A stretch of DNA of 63,380 bases, filler included. It is 4 parts of 4 records of this genome, joined end to end, with 100 filler letters (N's around TTAATTAATTAA, not from the genome) between each part and the next. Parts side by side here need not be neighbours in the genome. Positions count along the whole stretch, not along the records: positions 44,184 to 54,712 come from SRR20825006_1124; positions 54,813 to 63,380 come from SRR20825006_1151; 2 more parts are not named here. One strand, written 5' to 3'. This document shows, one piece after another, positions 51,575 to 62,015 of this stretch. The notes under the pieces are model-generated. The model was not told the origin of the DNA, ran no database searches, and saw only the letters and a program-made list of their open reading frames with translations. Both the position numbers and the translations under genes were made by a program. The first letter of the stretch is position 1. The number at the start of each line of letters is the position of its first letter.

Positions 51575-53509
51575 TCAATTGGCCCCGGCGTTTGTGCCCG
51601 GGGCACGGACCGTAATGTCGGCGCGACGGTTAGCACCCAACGCAGCCTCTGACTGCATGGAAAAGCGGGGCTGATAATAGCCCTGGCCAGTGGCTGCCAT
51701 CTGTGATCGGTCAACGCCGTAATCTGACGCAAGCCGGTTGACCACCACTTCTGCACGGCGAAGCGACAGTGACTGATTATAGCCCGGCGATCCCACTTTG
51801 GAGGCATGACCCACAACGGTGAGCTTGGCTTCCGGGTTATTGGTCATTAAACGTCCGATTTCTTCAATGAAATCATCACTTACAGAAGCAATACTGGCAG
51901 AGTCGTTGGCAAATTCAATGATCCCTGTGCGAATCACTTTCAGCTCCGCCGAAACAGCACAGCCATTCACATCGACTTCGACACCTGCCGGCGTGTCCGG
52001 GCACTGATCTTTGTAATTCCTGACGCCATCACCGTCGGTGTCCAGAAGCAACTCGACCGAGCTGTCGACGGGCATTGGCGGGCAGGCACTGGCAGTAACT
52101 GTCAGCGGTTCTGCCCCCAGATCTTCGAGACTGGGCAGCCCACTACGCACCAGGCCCAGAGATGTCACCAGATGCCCCATACCCGCCTGCACACGGGCTA
52201 CCGCCAGGCGGCGGTCATAAAGTGCGTTTACGTAGGCACGACTGGCATCAAAATATTCGTTTTCTGCATCCAGCAGGTCCAACAAAGTACGCTCGCCAAT
52301 ATCAAACTGGTCTTTGTATGCCGTTCGGACTCGCGCTGAGGACAGGCGATGGTTGTTCAATACCGGTATCTGGCTTTCCAGGTTCTGAACATCATTGAAA
52401 GCAATCTGAATCTCTTGACGCAGGTCCACGCACACCTTGTCACGCAGATCCTTGGCAACATTGACCTGGTTGTAGGCACTGCGCACCCTGGCCTTGTCAG
52501 AGCCGCCGCGGTACAGATTCATGTTCAGTTCGATGCCGACCCGGCCATCTGTCTGGGAGTTATCAACACCCAGGTCATCAAAGGAACGATGGCCGTAGCT
52601 GGCTACCAGGTCCAGACGAGGGTGATACCCTGACCGGTTTTCGCGGACATTGGCCTTGGCCGCTTCAATCTCACGATGCGCGGCACGGAACCCTGGGTTG
52701 GCTTCATAGGCAATGGACAGGGTTTCCGCTACGGTTTCGGGCATCAGGCCAGCATTCAACTTCACCTCGTCCATGTTTGCCGGCGGGCGCTCCCCGACAA
52801 TGCGCAGGTAGCGGGCTTTCACGTCGTGCAAATTGCTGGCGACAGTGACCAGATTGGATTCTGCCAGCGACAGGCGACCACTGATCTGTTCGAGATCCGC
52901 CGCCCGTGCAACGCCAGCTTCGGCACTGCTACTCACCTGTTCGTAGACGTCCTGATGGGTTTCGAGATTTTGACGGGCCAGTTCCAGCAACTCCCGCTGG
53001 CGTGTGACGTCCAGATAGGCACGGAGGGCTTCAAGCGAGATGTCCTCAATGCTGGACAGTAGCTCAAAATAGGCCGCCAGTTTCTGTTCTTCAAAGCGCT
53101 CTACGGAACTACTGGTTTGGAAACCATCGTAGAGCATTTGTGTCAGAGACAACTGGCCGTTGTAGCCATCAAATTCATCCACCGGTCCGTAGTTACGATG
53201 TTCAAGACCGTAACCTGCCTGGGCATCAATGGAAGGTAGATAGCCACCGAAAGCCGCATCTTTATCATCACCGGCCGACAGGAATTCGTGCCAGCTGGCA
53301 CGGACTTCGGGATTGGTTTCAATCGCGGTTCGAATCGCAGTCGTTACACCAACTCCCACAAATGGCTGTACCTCAGTTTCCTGGGACAATGGTGCTTCAC
53401 CTTTGTCTTCAGGGGCTGCGTGCACCGAAGTTGTAACCCACAGGCACGTAGCCATGCCCAATATGGTCAGCGCACTGCCAATGTGATTTTCCTTATAAAC
53501 CCTGAACAA
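51575..53509 (-). CDS. lapE: TolC-family T1SS outer membrane protein fused to an OmpA-like domain
   Basis: TolC repeats (Q.LYDG, QFDIGERTLLDLLDAENE), DTDGDGV..YKDQCP and GHAS..G...YN..LS.RRA...NRR. Confidence 0.9.
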   Translation of the reverse strand: MFRVYKENHIGSALTILGMATCLWVTTSVHAAPEDKGEAPLSQETEVQPFVGVGVTTAIRTAIETNPEVRASWHEFLSAGDDKDAAFGGYLPSIDAQAGYGLEHRNYGPVDEFDGYNGQLSLTQMLYDGFQTSSSVERFEEQKLAAYFELLSSIEDISLEALRAYLDVTRQRELLELARQNLETHQDVYEQVSSSAEAGVARAADLEQISGRLSLAESNLVTVASNLHDVKARYLRIVGERPPANMDEVKLNAGLMPETVAETLSIAYEANPGFRAAHREIEAAKANVRENRSGYHPRLDLVASYGHRSFDDLGVDNSQTDGRVGIELNMNLYRGGSDKARVRSAYNQVNVAKDLRDKVCVDLRQEIQIAFNDVQNLESQIPVLNNHRLSSARVRTAYKDQFDIGERTLLDLLDAENEYFDASRAYVNALYDRRLAVARVQAGMGHLVTSLGLVRSGLPSLEDLGAEPLTVTASACPPMPVDSSVELLLDTDGDGVRNYKDQCPDTPAGVEVDVNGCAVSAELKVIRTGIIEFANDSASIASVSDDFIEEIGRLMTNNPEAKLTVVGHASKVGSPGYNQSLSLRRAEVVVNRLASDYGVDRSQMAATGQGYYQPRFSMQSEAALGANRRADITVRAPGTNAGAN

Positions 53510-53840
53510 GACTCAAACCTCCGATACTGTCCGGCCATCGATGCGTCATCAATGATTCATTTTTCGACCGTAACCAAGTACGTACGCAACACAACATTCA
53601 GATGCAGGTGATTGATCAACTGGCGCAGTTTTACCCAAAATGCCGGAAAAGCCCACCACTTTACAACCATTAACAATTGTTTACGATTGTTTGCCAGAAA
53701 CCGCCCGAACCTGTACCTCAGTCCAGTATGCATCCGTCGCCAGCTTCTCTAACGTACTAAATCATCAATAAACCTAGATTATTTTTGGGCAGGCTCCGTT
53801 CACTAACGTCCGGACACCGCCCATCAGCGAGGGGCCAAAC

Positions 53841-54712
53841 ATGAGCGTCACCATTGCAATTGTACTGAACACCACCGGCAAAGCCTGGGCCGAAGCCCCG
53901 GATGGCAGCCGTCGATTGCTTGAAGCCGGCGATGCCTTGCTCGCAGGCGAAACACTGGTGACCGAAGACAACGCACAGGTTCTGCTCGATTTCGGGTACG
54001 ACAATACCGTCACAATCGACGGCGGCATAAGCATTCTTGCCACGACAGAAATGGCACCCGATTTTAATCCAGCTGCCACCGAGAACAGCGTGGCACAAGA
54101 CAGTGTAGCTGAAGCTCTGGCATCCATTGAGGAAGCACTGGGCGGCTCCATTGAGGATGCGGAAGCGCCCGCTGCAGGACTCGATGGTGGCAGCGCCGGC
54201 GGCAGCAGCTCGGTGCGCCTGGCACGTATTGTTGAAGACATTAGTCCCGCTGATCTGGATCTCAACTTCAATTCAGTTGCATCCGGCCCCCAGCCGGTGA
54301 TTGAGGAAGGCGCAACAGAAGGCACTGACATTGCCGAGCCACAGCCTGGCACCATTATTATTGACAGTGTCTCTCAGGGTTCAGGCGTTACCCCGAACCT
54401 TACCGCTACCGGCTCAGTAACCAATCTGGCACCCGGCTCATCTATTCAGGTCACGCTGATCGACCAGGACGGAAACACTCTGGTTCAATCCGTTGTTCCG
54501 GGGGCCGGAGGTCAGTTCACCGCCGTATTCTCAAACTTCTCGGGCATTGTTGATGGCCCTGTTTCTGTTCAGGTAACCGCAACTGGTGCCGACGGAGTAT
54601 CCGTTTCCGACTCAGCCGATAGCACGCTGGATGTGACCGCTGGTGCCCTGGACGTCACAATCGACGACGTCGATAACACAGTCCAAACCGTTGACCTCTC
54701 CGGTACGACTGC
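53841..54712 (+). CDS. lapA: Retention-module giant adhesin, N-terminal part (truncated by the contig end)
   Basis: G.AWA...DG..R.L..GD retention module, EAPAAG LapG site followed by Gly/Ser linker, then Ig-like repeats. Confidence 0.88.
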
Positions 54713-54812
54713 NNNNNNNNNNNNNNNNNNNNNNNNNNNNNNNNNNNNNNNNNNNNTTAATTAATTAANNNNNNNNNNNNNNNNNNNNNNNNNNNNNNNN
54801 NNNNNNNNNNNN
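54713..54812. other. Artificial contig spacer
   Basis: N44-TTAATTAATTAA-N44. Confidence 0.99.
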
Positions 54813-54813
54813 T

Positions 54814-57582
54814 GTTTTGATATTAAGCTATATCGGATTTAAGAAACTAGAGGTTATAGTGGGAAGCTCGGAGGAACTTTCCCTTGTATTAGAGGAAGAT
54901 GTGACTGATCTTGGAGCGGTGACGGTCAATGCAGGATATTATTCTGTAAAGGAGCGAGAGCGCACTGGAAGTATTTCAAGCATCTCTGCTGCTGATATTG
55001 AAGAGCAACCCGTTACCAATGTTCTTGCTACTATGCAAGGACGAATGCCGGGAGTGTATATCACACAAGACTCGGGGGTACCTGGTAGTGGTTTTCAAAT
55101 TCAGATAAGGGGGCAAAATAGCTTGCGATCGGATGGGAATATGCCTTTGTATATTGTGGATGGTGTTCCTTTTACAACCCAGTCTATGGAGAGTTTCTAT
55201 ACCGGAGAGGCAGTACCTGGAATTATTAACCCTTTAAATAATATCGACCCTACGTCCATAGCAAGTATCGAGGTGTTAAAAGATGCCGATGCTACGGCTA
55301 TTTATGGCTCACGTGGAGCGAATGGGGTGGTATTAATTACAACAAAAAAAGGAGTTGCTGGTAAAACCCGGTTTCAGATAGGATACACCTATGGATTGGG
55401 AAGGGTTGCTAATTTCATGGACCTTATGGATACCAATACCTATCTGGAGATGAGACGGGAAGCTTATGCCAATGATGGTATAATAACATATCCTGCCAAT
55501 GCTTACGATGTAAATGGAACATGGGATCAAAACCGTTATACGGACTGGCAAGAAGTATTAATAGGGGGAACCTCTGATATTATAGATGCGACAGGTTCCG
55601 TGTCAGGGGGGAGTGAGCACACTCAATTTTTAGTGAATGGGAATTACCATAAGGAAACCACTGTATATCCAGGAGATTATGCGTATAATAAGTTTGGACT
55701 TAATAGTAGTATCAATCACAGTACCCGTGATGAAAAGTTTAAGGTACATTTAACTGCTGGTTATACAATTCAAAATAACAACTTACCGGGGTTGTCATTT
55801 ATGACAGATATCTACCAATTAGCTCCTAATGCTCCGGCATTGTATCAGGAGGATGGGACTCTGAATTGGGAAAATAGTAGTTGGGAGAATCCATATAGTG
55901 TATTTGAAACCTCTTATGAATCAAAAACGAATAGCCTTATATCAAATCTGTTACTTTCTTATGAACCTATTGATGGGTTGGAGTTTAAAACCAGTTTGGG
56001 TTATACTAATAATCAGTTTTTTGATCAAATGCTTCGTCCATCTACTGTATATGATCCAGCATATGAAATTACCAGTGAGTTTTCGAATGCCTACAAAAAT
56101 CAGGTACATTTTAATTCTTGGATTGTCGAACCACAAGTATCTTATAAAAAAGAATTTTCGGCATTTAAAACGCAGTTATTAGTTGGAGGGACATTTCAAA
56201 AACAAGTTTCTTCACAATTAGTGCATAGTACTAGTGGGTATGCCAGTAACAGCCTATTAGGAAATATGACTGCTGCTTCGTTTATTAATATTGCCACGGA
56301 TGATCAGACTGAATATAAATACAATGCCATATTTGGACGATTGAATACTTCCCTTTTTAATCGTTATTTTATAAACATAACAGGGAGACGGGATGGATCT
56401 TCTCGTTTTGGTCCTGGTCGCCAATTTGCCAATTTTGGTGCAATAGGTATTGCATGGTTGTTTTCAGAGGAATCCTGGTTAGAAAACTTAAATTTTTTAA
56501 GTTATGGAAAATTAAGAGCGAGCTATGGGACAACAGGAAATGATCAGATAGGTGATTATCAGTATTTGGATACGTATACCATTAGCGGAAATAGTTACAA
56601 TGGAATAGCCGTTATGGAACCCTCAAGGCTTTTTAATCCTTCTTTTAGCTGGGAAGAAAACAAAAAGTTAGAGGTAGCCATGGAAACAGGATTTATAAAA
56701 GATCGACTCTTTTTAACGGTTGCTTATTTTAAGAACCGTTCTTCGAATCAGTTGGTAGGAATACCACTTCCGGGAACAACAGGTTTTTCTTCTATTCAGG
56801 CTAATTTAAATGCTACTATAGAAAATAAAGGATGGGAGTTTACATTACGTTCCGAACAATTTAAAAACGAAGATTTTTCATGGAGTACTACATTTAATCT
56901 AAGTGTTAACCGTAACCGACTGGTCTCTTTTCCAGGATTAGAAACCTCCACCTATAGCAATAGCTATGTTATAGGAGAACCTTTAAATATCAGTAAGGTA
57001 TATCAGTATGAGGGCTTGGACTCTCAAACGGGACTGTATCAATTTAAAGATTTTAACGACGATGATTTATTAACACGTGAAAATGATCGGGAAGCTATCA
57101 TACGATTTGATCCTGACTTTTTTGGTGGAATCCAAAATAGTATTCGTTATAAAGGATTATCCGTAGACTTTCTTTTTCAATTTGTTAAACAAGATCGTTA
57201 TACCGGTGAACATTCAATGGGAATGGCTGGAAGAATGGGGAATCAATTAAACCTATTACAGGATCGTTGGAAGCAACCAGGAGACATCGCAACCTTTCAG
57301 CCCTATTCTTCAGGGGCTAATTCTGAACTTAGATCAAGGTATTTGAATTATTCCCAAAGTAACGCTGTATTGGATGATGCCTCCTTTATTAGACTTAAGA
57401 ACATAGCTATTTCTTATCAATTACCGAGGAATATCTTGCATGGGGTTACTTGCAGTATTATTTTAAAGGGACAAAATCTATTGACTTTTACAGATTATGA
57501 GGGATTAGATCCAGAAGCTAATTTCACAAATAGTTTACCACCATTGCAAGTACTCACCACAGGGATACAACTCCATTTTTAA
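54814..57582 (+). CDS. SusC/RagA-family TonB-dependent transporter (5' truncated)
   Basis: SYIGF, V.VNAGYY, IRGQNS, PLYIVDG, SIEVLKDADATAIYGSRGANGVVLITTK, RRDGSSRFG and terminal Phe. Confidence 0.96.
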   Translation, partial: VLILSYIGFKKLEVIVGSSEELSLVLEEDVTDLGAVTVNAGYYSVKERERTGSISSISAADIEEQPVTNVLATMQGRMPGVYITQDSGVPGSGFQIQIRGQNSLRSDGNMPLYIVDGVPFTTQSMESFYTGEAVPGIINPLNNIDPTSIASIEVLKDADATAIYGSRGANGVVLITTKKGVAGKTRFQIGYTYGLGRVANFMDLMDTNTYLEMRREAYANDGIITYPANAYDVNGTWDQNRYTDWQEVLIGGTSDIIDATGSVSGGSEHTQFLVNGNYHKETTVYPGDYAYNKFGLNSSINHSTRDEKFKVHLTAGYTIQNNNLPGLSFMTDIYQLAPNAPALYQEDGTLNWENSSWENPYSVFETSYESKTNSLISNLLLSYEPIDGLEFKTSLGYTNNQFFDQMLRPSTVYDPAYEITSEFSNAYKNQVHFNSWIVEPQVSYKKEFSAFKTQLLVGGTFQKQVSSQLVHSTSGYASNSLLGNMTAASFINIATDDQTEYKYNAIFGRLNTSLFNRYFINITGRRDGSSRFGPGRQFANFGAIGIAWLFSEESWLENLNFLSYGKLRASYGTTGNDQIGDYQYLDTYTISGNSYNGIAVMEPSRLFNPSFSWEENKKLEVAMETGFIKDRLFLTVAYFKNRSSNQLVGIPLPGTTGFSSIQANLNATIENKGWEFTLRSEQFKNEDFSWSTTFNLSVNRNRLVSFPGLETSTYSNSYVIGEPLNISKVYQYEGLDSQTGLYQFKDFNDDDLLTRENDREAIIRFDPDFFGGIQNSIRYKGLSVDFLFQFVKQDRYTGEHSMGMAGRMGNQLNLLQDRWKQPGDIATFQPYSSGANSELRSRYLNYSQSNAVLDDASFIRLKNIAISYQLPRNILHGVTCSIILKGQNLLTFTDYEGLDPEANFTNSLPPLQVLTTGIQLHF

Positions 57583-57594
57583 ATTAATAAAATC

Positions 57595-59007
57595 ATGAAA
57601 AAATATATAACAACAGTTTTAAAAAATAAAAAAACAAATGGGCATCTTTGGTTTCGAAGCCTGCTAATATTTGTATGCTGCAGTACATTTTTGCTGTCTT
57701 GTTCAGATTTTGTGGAGGTAGAACTTCCTTCATCGCAACTCAATGCTGATGATATCTTTACCGATATTTCTTCTGCTAATGCAGCCATGGCTTCCATATA
57801 TGCTGAAATGCGTGATGGTAGTATGGTAAGTGATTTAAGTTATCAGATAGGGAATTATGCAGATGAATTGGATTATTACGGTAGTATGGCTTCTGACACC
57901 GAGGATTTTAATAAAAATACGGTAATTTCTTCCAATGGTACCATCAAAAGCTGGTGGAATACTGCCTATAATTTAATTTATAGTGCAAACTCAATTCTAG
58001 AACGTGTTGAGAATTCAAAACAACTTTCTACAAGTGATTGCAATCAGTTAAAAGGGGAAGCTTTATTTGTAAGAGCATACCTTCATTTTTACTTGGCGCA
58101 ACTTTATGGAGCAGTCCCTTATGTAACGACCACTAATTATTCAGAGAATGCTAAGGTGGTTAAAATTCCTGTTGATCAGTTGTATTTAAATGTACTGGAG
58201 GATTTAAAAGTAGCTGAAGGCTTATTAGGTTTGGAATATGTAAATCCAAATCGTACCCGTCCAAATAGAGGCGTAGTTAAAGCACTTATGGCAAGAATAT
58301 ATTTATATACAGATCAATGGGAGGCTGCTGCTCAGGCAGCTTCGTATTGCATAAACAATACAGGTACATATACATGGAACACAAATTTAAATACCTTGTT
58401 TTTAAAAGATAATACTACAACTATTTGGCAATGGTCTCCTGAATTTGAAGGACAAAACACCAATGAAGGGCAAGCTTTTATATTCTTTTCAGTACCTCCG
58501 GGAAACGTAGCCTTGAATCCTGAGCTTGTAGCAAGTTTTGAAACTAATGATTTGAGATTGGATGGTTGGATTAAGGGATTATCGGATGGGGAAACTACTT
58601 GGTATTATGCATATAAATATAAAGAGCAAGGTGGGACGGATGTCTCAAGAGAGTATAGTGTCATTTTTCGATTGGCTGAACAATATTTGATAAGGAGCGA
58701 AGCACGTGTACAAAACGGCGACATAGAGGGAGGGGTGTCTGACCTAAATAAAATAAGAAATCGCGCAGGACTTTCCGAAGTTGGTGTTACTGATAAAGCT
58801 ACCTTATTGAAACTTATCTTAGAGGAACGTAGGCATGAATACTTTACAGAATTAGGACATCGCTTTTTTGATTTAAAGCGTACAGAACAGCTGGATACTG
58901 TTTTAGGAGTTAAACCAGGTTGGAATACAACAGACAGAATATTACCATTACCAGAGGATGAACTCTTGATAAATCCAAATTTAGAACCGCAAAATAAAGG
59001 ATATTGA
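57595..59007 (+). CDS. RagB/SusD-family lipoprotein
   Basis: LLSC lipobox, GEALFVRAY, FRLAEQYLIRSEA, LN.IR.RAG, ERR.E...E.GHRFFDLKR and QN.GY. Confidence 0.96.
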   Translation: MKKYITTVLKNKKTNGHLWFRSLLIFVCCSTFLLSCSDFVEVELPSSQLNADDIFTDISSANAAMASIYAEMRDGSMVSDLSYQIGNYADELDYYGSMASDTEDFNKNTVISSNGTIKSWWNTAYNLIYSANSILERVENSKQLSTSDCNQLKGEALFVRAYLHFYLAQLYGAVPYVTTTNYSENAKVVKIPVDQLYLNVLEDLKVAEGLLGLEYVNPNRTRPNRGVVKALMARIYLYTDQWEAAAQAASYCINNTGTYTWNTNLNTLFLKDNTTTIWQWSPEFEGQNTNEGQAFIFFSVPPGNVALNPELVASFETNDLRLDGWIKGLSDGETTWYYAYKYKEQGGTDVSREYSVIFRLAEQYLIRSEARVQNGDIEGGVSDLNKIRNRAGLSEVGVTDKATLLKLILEERRHEYFTELGHRFFDLKRTEQLDTVLGVKPGWNTTDRILPLPEDELLINPNLEPQNKGY

Positions 59008-61610
59008 TGAGAGGACTAAATATAAAATCGATCAATTTCTTTCATCATAATTGCAACCTTTTATGGGGTTTAGTATGGATAGGACTTCTTTGTGTTATGC
59101 CTTTATGTGCACAAAGTAATCGTAAAACCATGACCCCAGAAGATTATGATAAATGGTATCGTTTTAACTCTTTAGGGTTTGCTTCAGAGGGGAAATGGGT
59201 ATTATTTAAAAAGTCTTATACAGATCAACCAGATTCATTATTTGTAAAAGAAATAATAGGAGATAGGCTTTACGCAATTGAAGATTGCGGTCAGTTAGCT
59301 TATGTTGGAAATAAGATAGTTATTGGACATTGTGCGAATGGGAGGTATCAAATACTACATCTGGCATCGGGAAGAATGGAAAAAATGAATGCAGATAAAG
59401 TAGAAGTAAGTTTAAATGAGGATTACCTTATGATGTATCATAAACAAAAGAAGGAACTGATTATTAGAAATCTTTCAAATGGTAAAAACGCATTTTTTTT
59501 TAATGTTTATGACTATTCCCATAATCCAAAATCCAATGCCATTGCAATTATGAGCCGTGAATCTACAGAGAATCAACTAACCTTGGTATTTTTAAACAAA
59601 ACGCTTAAAGAGGTTGTCTTATTGGAGAATTCTTCTCGCAAAGTTGTCGAACTCACATGGAATGCAGCGGGAGATGGTGTGGCCTTTTCGATGACTTCTA
59701 GTGAATCAGAAGGAGAATATGAAGATGTAGGGGAGCTATGCTTCTATAAGATAACTAAGGAAAAGATGATGCGTATAGATTTGAATAATTGGGGTGGTTT
59801 TCCAAGTGATAAGAAGTTGGTAAGCACATGGGTTTTGCCGCTAAGGATTACCCCAGATGACAATAGGATATTATTTGCTTTTAAACGCAAACAACCTGTC
59901 GAAATGAAGGAGCTTCCAGAGGTCTGGAAAGCCGGTGATCCATATATCTATAAAGGAATGACTTATAGGATGCATTGGCAAAATACAGCCAAGTTAGGGA
60001 TATGGGATGTAAAAACCAATCGTTTTATTAAGGTTACTGATACACTTTATCCTCAGTCGCTTATTAATAAAGATGCATCTTTAGCCTTGCTGTACAATCC
60101 GGCAACTTATCAACCTCAATCCATGTCGAAGCCACCTATTGACCTCTATATAGCAGATTTGAAAAAGGAGAGGAAAACATTGTTTTTAAAACGTCAGCTG
60201 CATGAAACATCAAAAGTTTCCTTTAGCCCCTCTGGACGTTATATTCAATACTTCAGAGAAAAGGGGTGGTGGCTTTACGATTCTAAAACAGATGTTCATG
60301 TTAATTTATGTAAGAAATTTGAAAATACTCAATTAATTGATTATGATGAATTAACTCCGTTATTATGGAGCAAAGATGAAGATACTTTATTTATGCAGGG
60401 AAGTTACGATTTATGGGAAGTTCCTATTGGAAATGGAGAGGTGAAGTCTTTAACGAATGGGAGGAAAAAGGGAGTTCATTATCATGTACTTACCAAGCCT
60501 ACTGTTTACCAAAAACGACCTCAATCATTATATTTTAATCGACAAACTCAATCGTTGATATTCTCTGTAAAAAAAGGGGATAGTATGGGTTATGCGATAT
60601 TAAGACCGCAAAAAAAACTACAAGATATAAGTCTTAGTGAAAATTATGTTCGTGATCCATTTCTATCTGAAGATGAACGATACTTTAGTTTTAGAATGGA
60701 GCGTAACGACCAGCCCTCTAAATTAATGATTTATGACCTGAGTTCAGATCGTTTACAAACATTGTTTCAGAGCAATCCTCATTATAAGAATTATAAACAA
60801 GGGCGCTCCAAAAAGGTTTTTTATCGCAATAAAGATGGTCTCTTACTCTCAGGGATTCTTCGTTTTCCGACGGACTATAAGAAGGATTCACTATATCCCA
60901 TGATTGTACGTGTTTATGAAAAACAGGGATATAAGCGTTTTCAATATGTAAATCCTACCATGTACAATGGCTCAGGATTTAATAGTAAAAATTATGTTAA
61001 CAATGGTTATTTTGTATTTCTACCAGATATTTCTTATACCATAGGGGAACCTGGCTTTTCAGCAGCAGATTGTATTATATCAGGTACCAAAGCTGCATTG
61101 AAGGAAGCTTCTATTGATCCTGATAGAATTGGGTTGATAGGACACTCATATGGAGGGTTTGAAACGTTGTTTACCATAACTCAAACTGATTTTTTTGCTA
61201 CTGCTATTGCCAGTGCTGGTGTAACCGATATGGTACGGGGGTATTTAGGTCTTCAGGATCGGATTCTACTTAGTTATGATATGTATGAACATTTTCAACA
61301 CCGCATGGGAGTTTCTTTATTTGAGGATTACCAAGGATATTTGGATAACTCTCCTATATATCATGCCACCAAAATTCATACACCTTTTTTATTGTGGTCG
61401 GGTAAAGAGGATTATCATGTGAATTACCATCAGAGTATATCCTTTCATTTGGCCATGAAAAGGCTAGGAAAACCAAACAGTTTACTTTTATACCCTCAAG
61501 AAGGGCACGTCCTAGGGCGTCCTGAAAGTCAAAAAGATATTACTATAAAAACCGAGCAATGGTTTGCATATTATTTGAAAGAAGGGATAAAATACGATTG
61601 GATGCCGTAA
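59007..61610 (+). CDS. Secreted S9 (prolyl oligopeptidase / acylaminoacyl peptidase) family serine peptidase
   Basis: Signal peptide, beta-propeller region and catalytic triad GHSYGG / GKED / EGH; ATG overlaps the susD stop (TGATG). Confidence 0.92.
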   Translation: MRGLNIKSINFFHHNCNLLWGLVWIGLLCVMPLCAQSNRKTMTPEDYDKWYRFNSLGFASEGKWVLFKKSYTDQPDSLFVKEIIGDRLYAIEDCGQLAYVGNKIVIGHCANGRYQILHLASGRMEKMNADKVEVSLNEDYLMMYHKQKKELIIRNLSNGKNAFFFNVYDYSHNPKSNAIAIMSRESTENQLTLVFLNKTLKEVVLLENSSRKVVELTWNAAGDGVAFSMTSSESEGEYEDVGELCFYKITKEKMMRIDLNNWGGFPSDKKLVSTWVLPLRITPDDNRILFAFKRKQPVEMKELPEVWKAGDPYIYKGMTYRMHWQNTAKLGIWDVKTNRFIKVTDTLYPQSLINKDASLALLYNPATYQPQSMSKPPIDLYIADLKKERKTLFLKRQLHETSKVSFSPSGRYIQYFREKGWWLYDSKTDVHVNLCKKFENTQLIDYDELTPLLWSKDEDTLFMQGSYDLWEVPIGNGEVKSLTNGRKKGVHYHVLTKPTVYQKRPQSLYFNRQTQSLIFSVKKGDSMGYAILRPQKKLQDISLSENYVRDPFLSEDERYFSFRMERNDQPSKLMIYDLSSDRLQTLFQSNPHYKNYKQGRSKKVFYRNKDGLLLSGILRFPTDYKKDSLYPMIVRVYEKQGYKRFQYVNPTMYNGSGFNSKNYVNNGYFVFLPDISYTIGEPGFSAADCIISGTKAALKEASIDPDRIGLIGHSYGGFETLFTITQTDFFATAIASAGVTDMVRGYLGLQDRILLSYDMYEHFQHRMGVSLFEDYQGYLDNSPIYHATKIHTPFLLWSGKEDYHVNYHQSISFHLAMKRLGKPNSLLLYPQEGHVLGRPESQKDITIKTEQWFAYYLKEGIKYDWMP

Positions 61611-61625
61611 GTGATGAATTAAAGT

Positions 61626-61665
61626 AAATAGGGTGGCTCATTTTAGAGCCACCCTATTTTTTTTT
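61626..61665. terminator. Intrinsic terminator between convergent units
   Basis: AAATAGGGTGGCTC-atttta-GAGCCACCCTATTT followed by a T tract. Confidence 0.9.
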
Positions 61666-61670
61666 AGAAT

Positions 61671-61955
61671 CTATGGTTGTTCAGGTCTATAAAGTTGAAC
61701 AGTACATTGATTCCCCTCTTCTAAAAATAGCGGGGTACCATCTTCTTCATAATTGACTGTACAAATATAATCTGTTTCTACAGTTGAACAATCATCTGCT
61801 TGTTGGCATGATGTTCCTGCGGGATTTAATTTAATATGCCCCTGAACAATTGCTGCGTCTTTAGCCTTTAAACTCATTGCATGTGTTGAAAAGGCTCCGA
61901 TGGTTGCTATGGCAAAAATAAAAGCCGGCAACCATTTTCTTGAAATTGTTTTCAT
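61671..61955 (-). CDS. Small secreted four-cysteine peptide (DUF6520-like)
   Basis: MK..RK.LP...A...GAF.T.A signal peptide; C-x5-C-x8-C-x18-C followed by LYR. Confidence 0.8.
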   Translation of the reverse strand: MKTISRKWLPAFIFAIATIGAFSTHAMSLKAKDAAIVQGHIKLNPAGTSCQQADDCSTVETDYICTVNYEEDGTPLFLEEGNQCTVQLYRPEQP

Positions 61956-61976
61956 ATTTTTTGTATTTAAAGTTAT

Positions 61977-62015
61977 GATCTACTCTTTTTTACAGGTTTT
62001 CGATCTTACCCCTGT
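61977..62015 (-). promoter_or_regulatory. Candidate structured RNA (H-type pseudoknot) in the 5' UTR of the peptide gene
   Basis: Minus strand ACAGG-GGUAAGAUCGAAAA-CCUGU-AAAAAAGAGUA-GAUC. Stem 1 is ACAGG/CCUGU; the loop GAUC can pair with the downstream GAUC. Confidence 0.4.

Noticed and set aside
44482-54355. Antisense or alternative ORFs in the Lap locus (e.g. 49542-50282 plus, 53774-54355 minus)
   Set aside because: They are shadows of lap genes caused by codon bias.
54814-59007. Classical polysaccharide utilisation locus
   Set aside because: No CAZyme or sulfatase is in the contig, and the neighbours are peptide- and redox-related. The upstream flank is missing, so this is not fully excluded.
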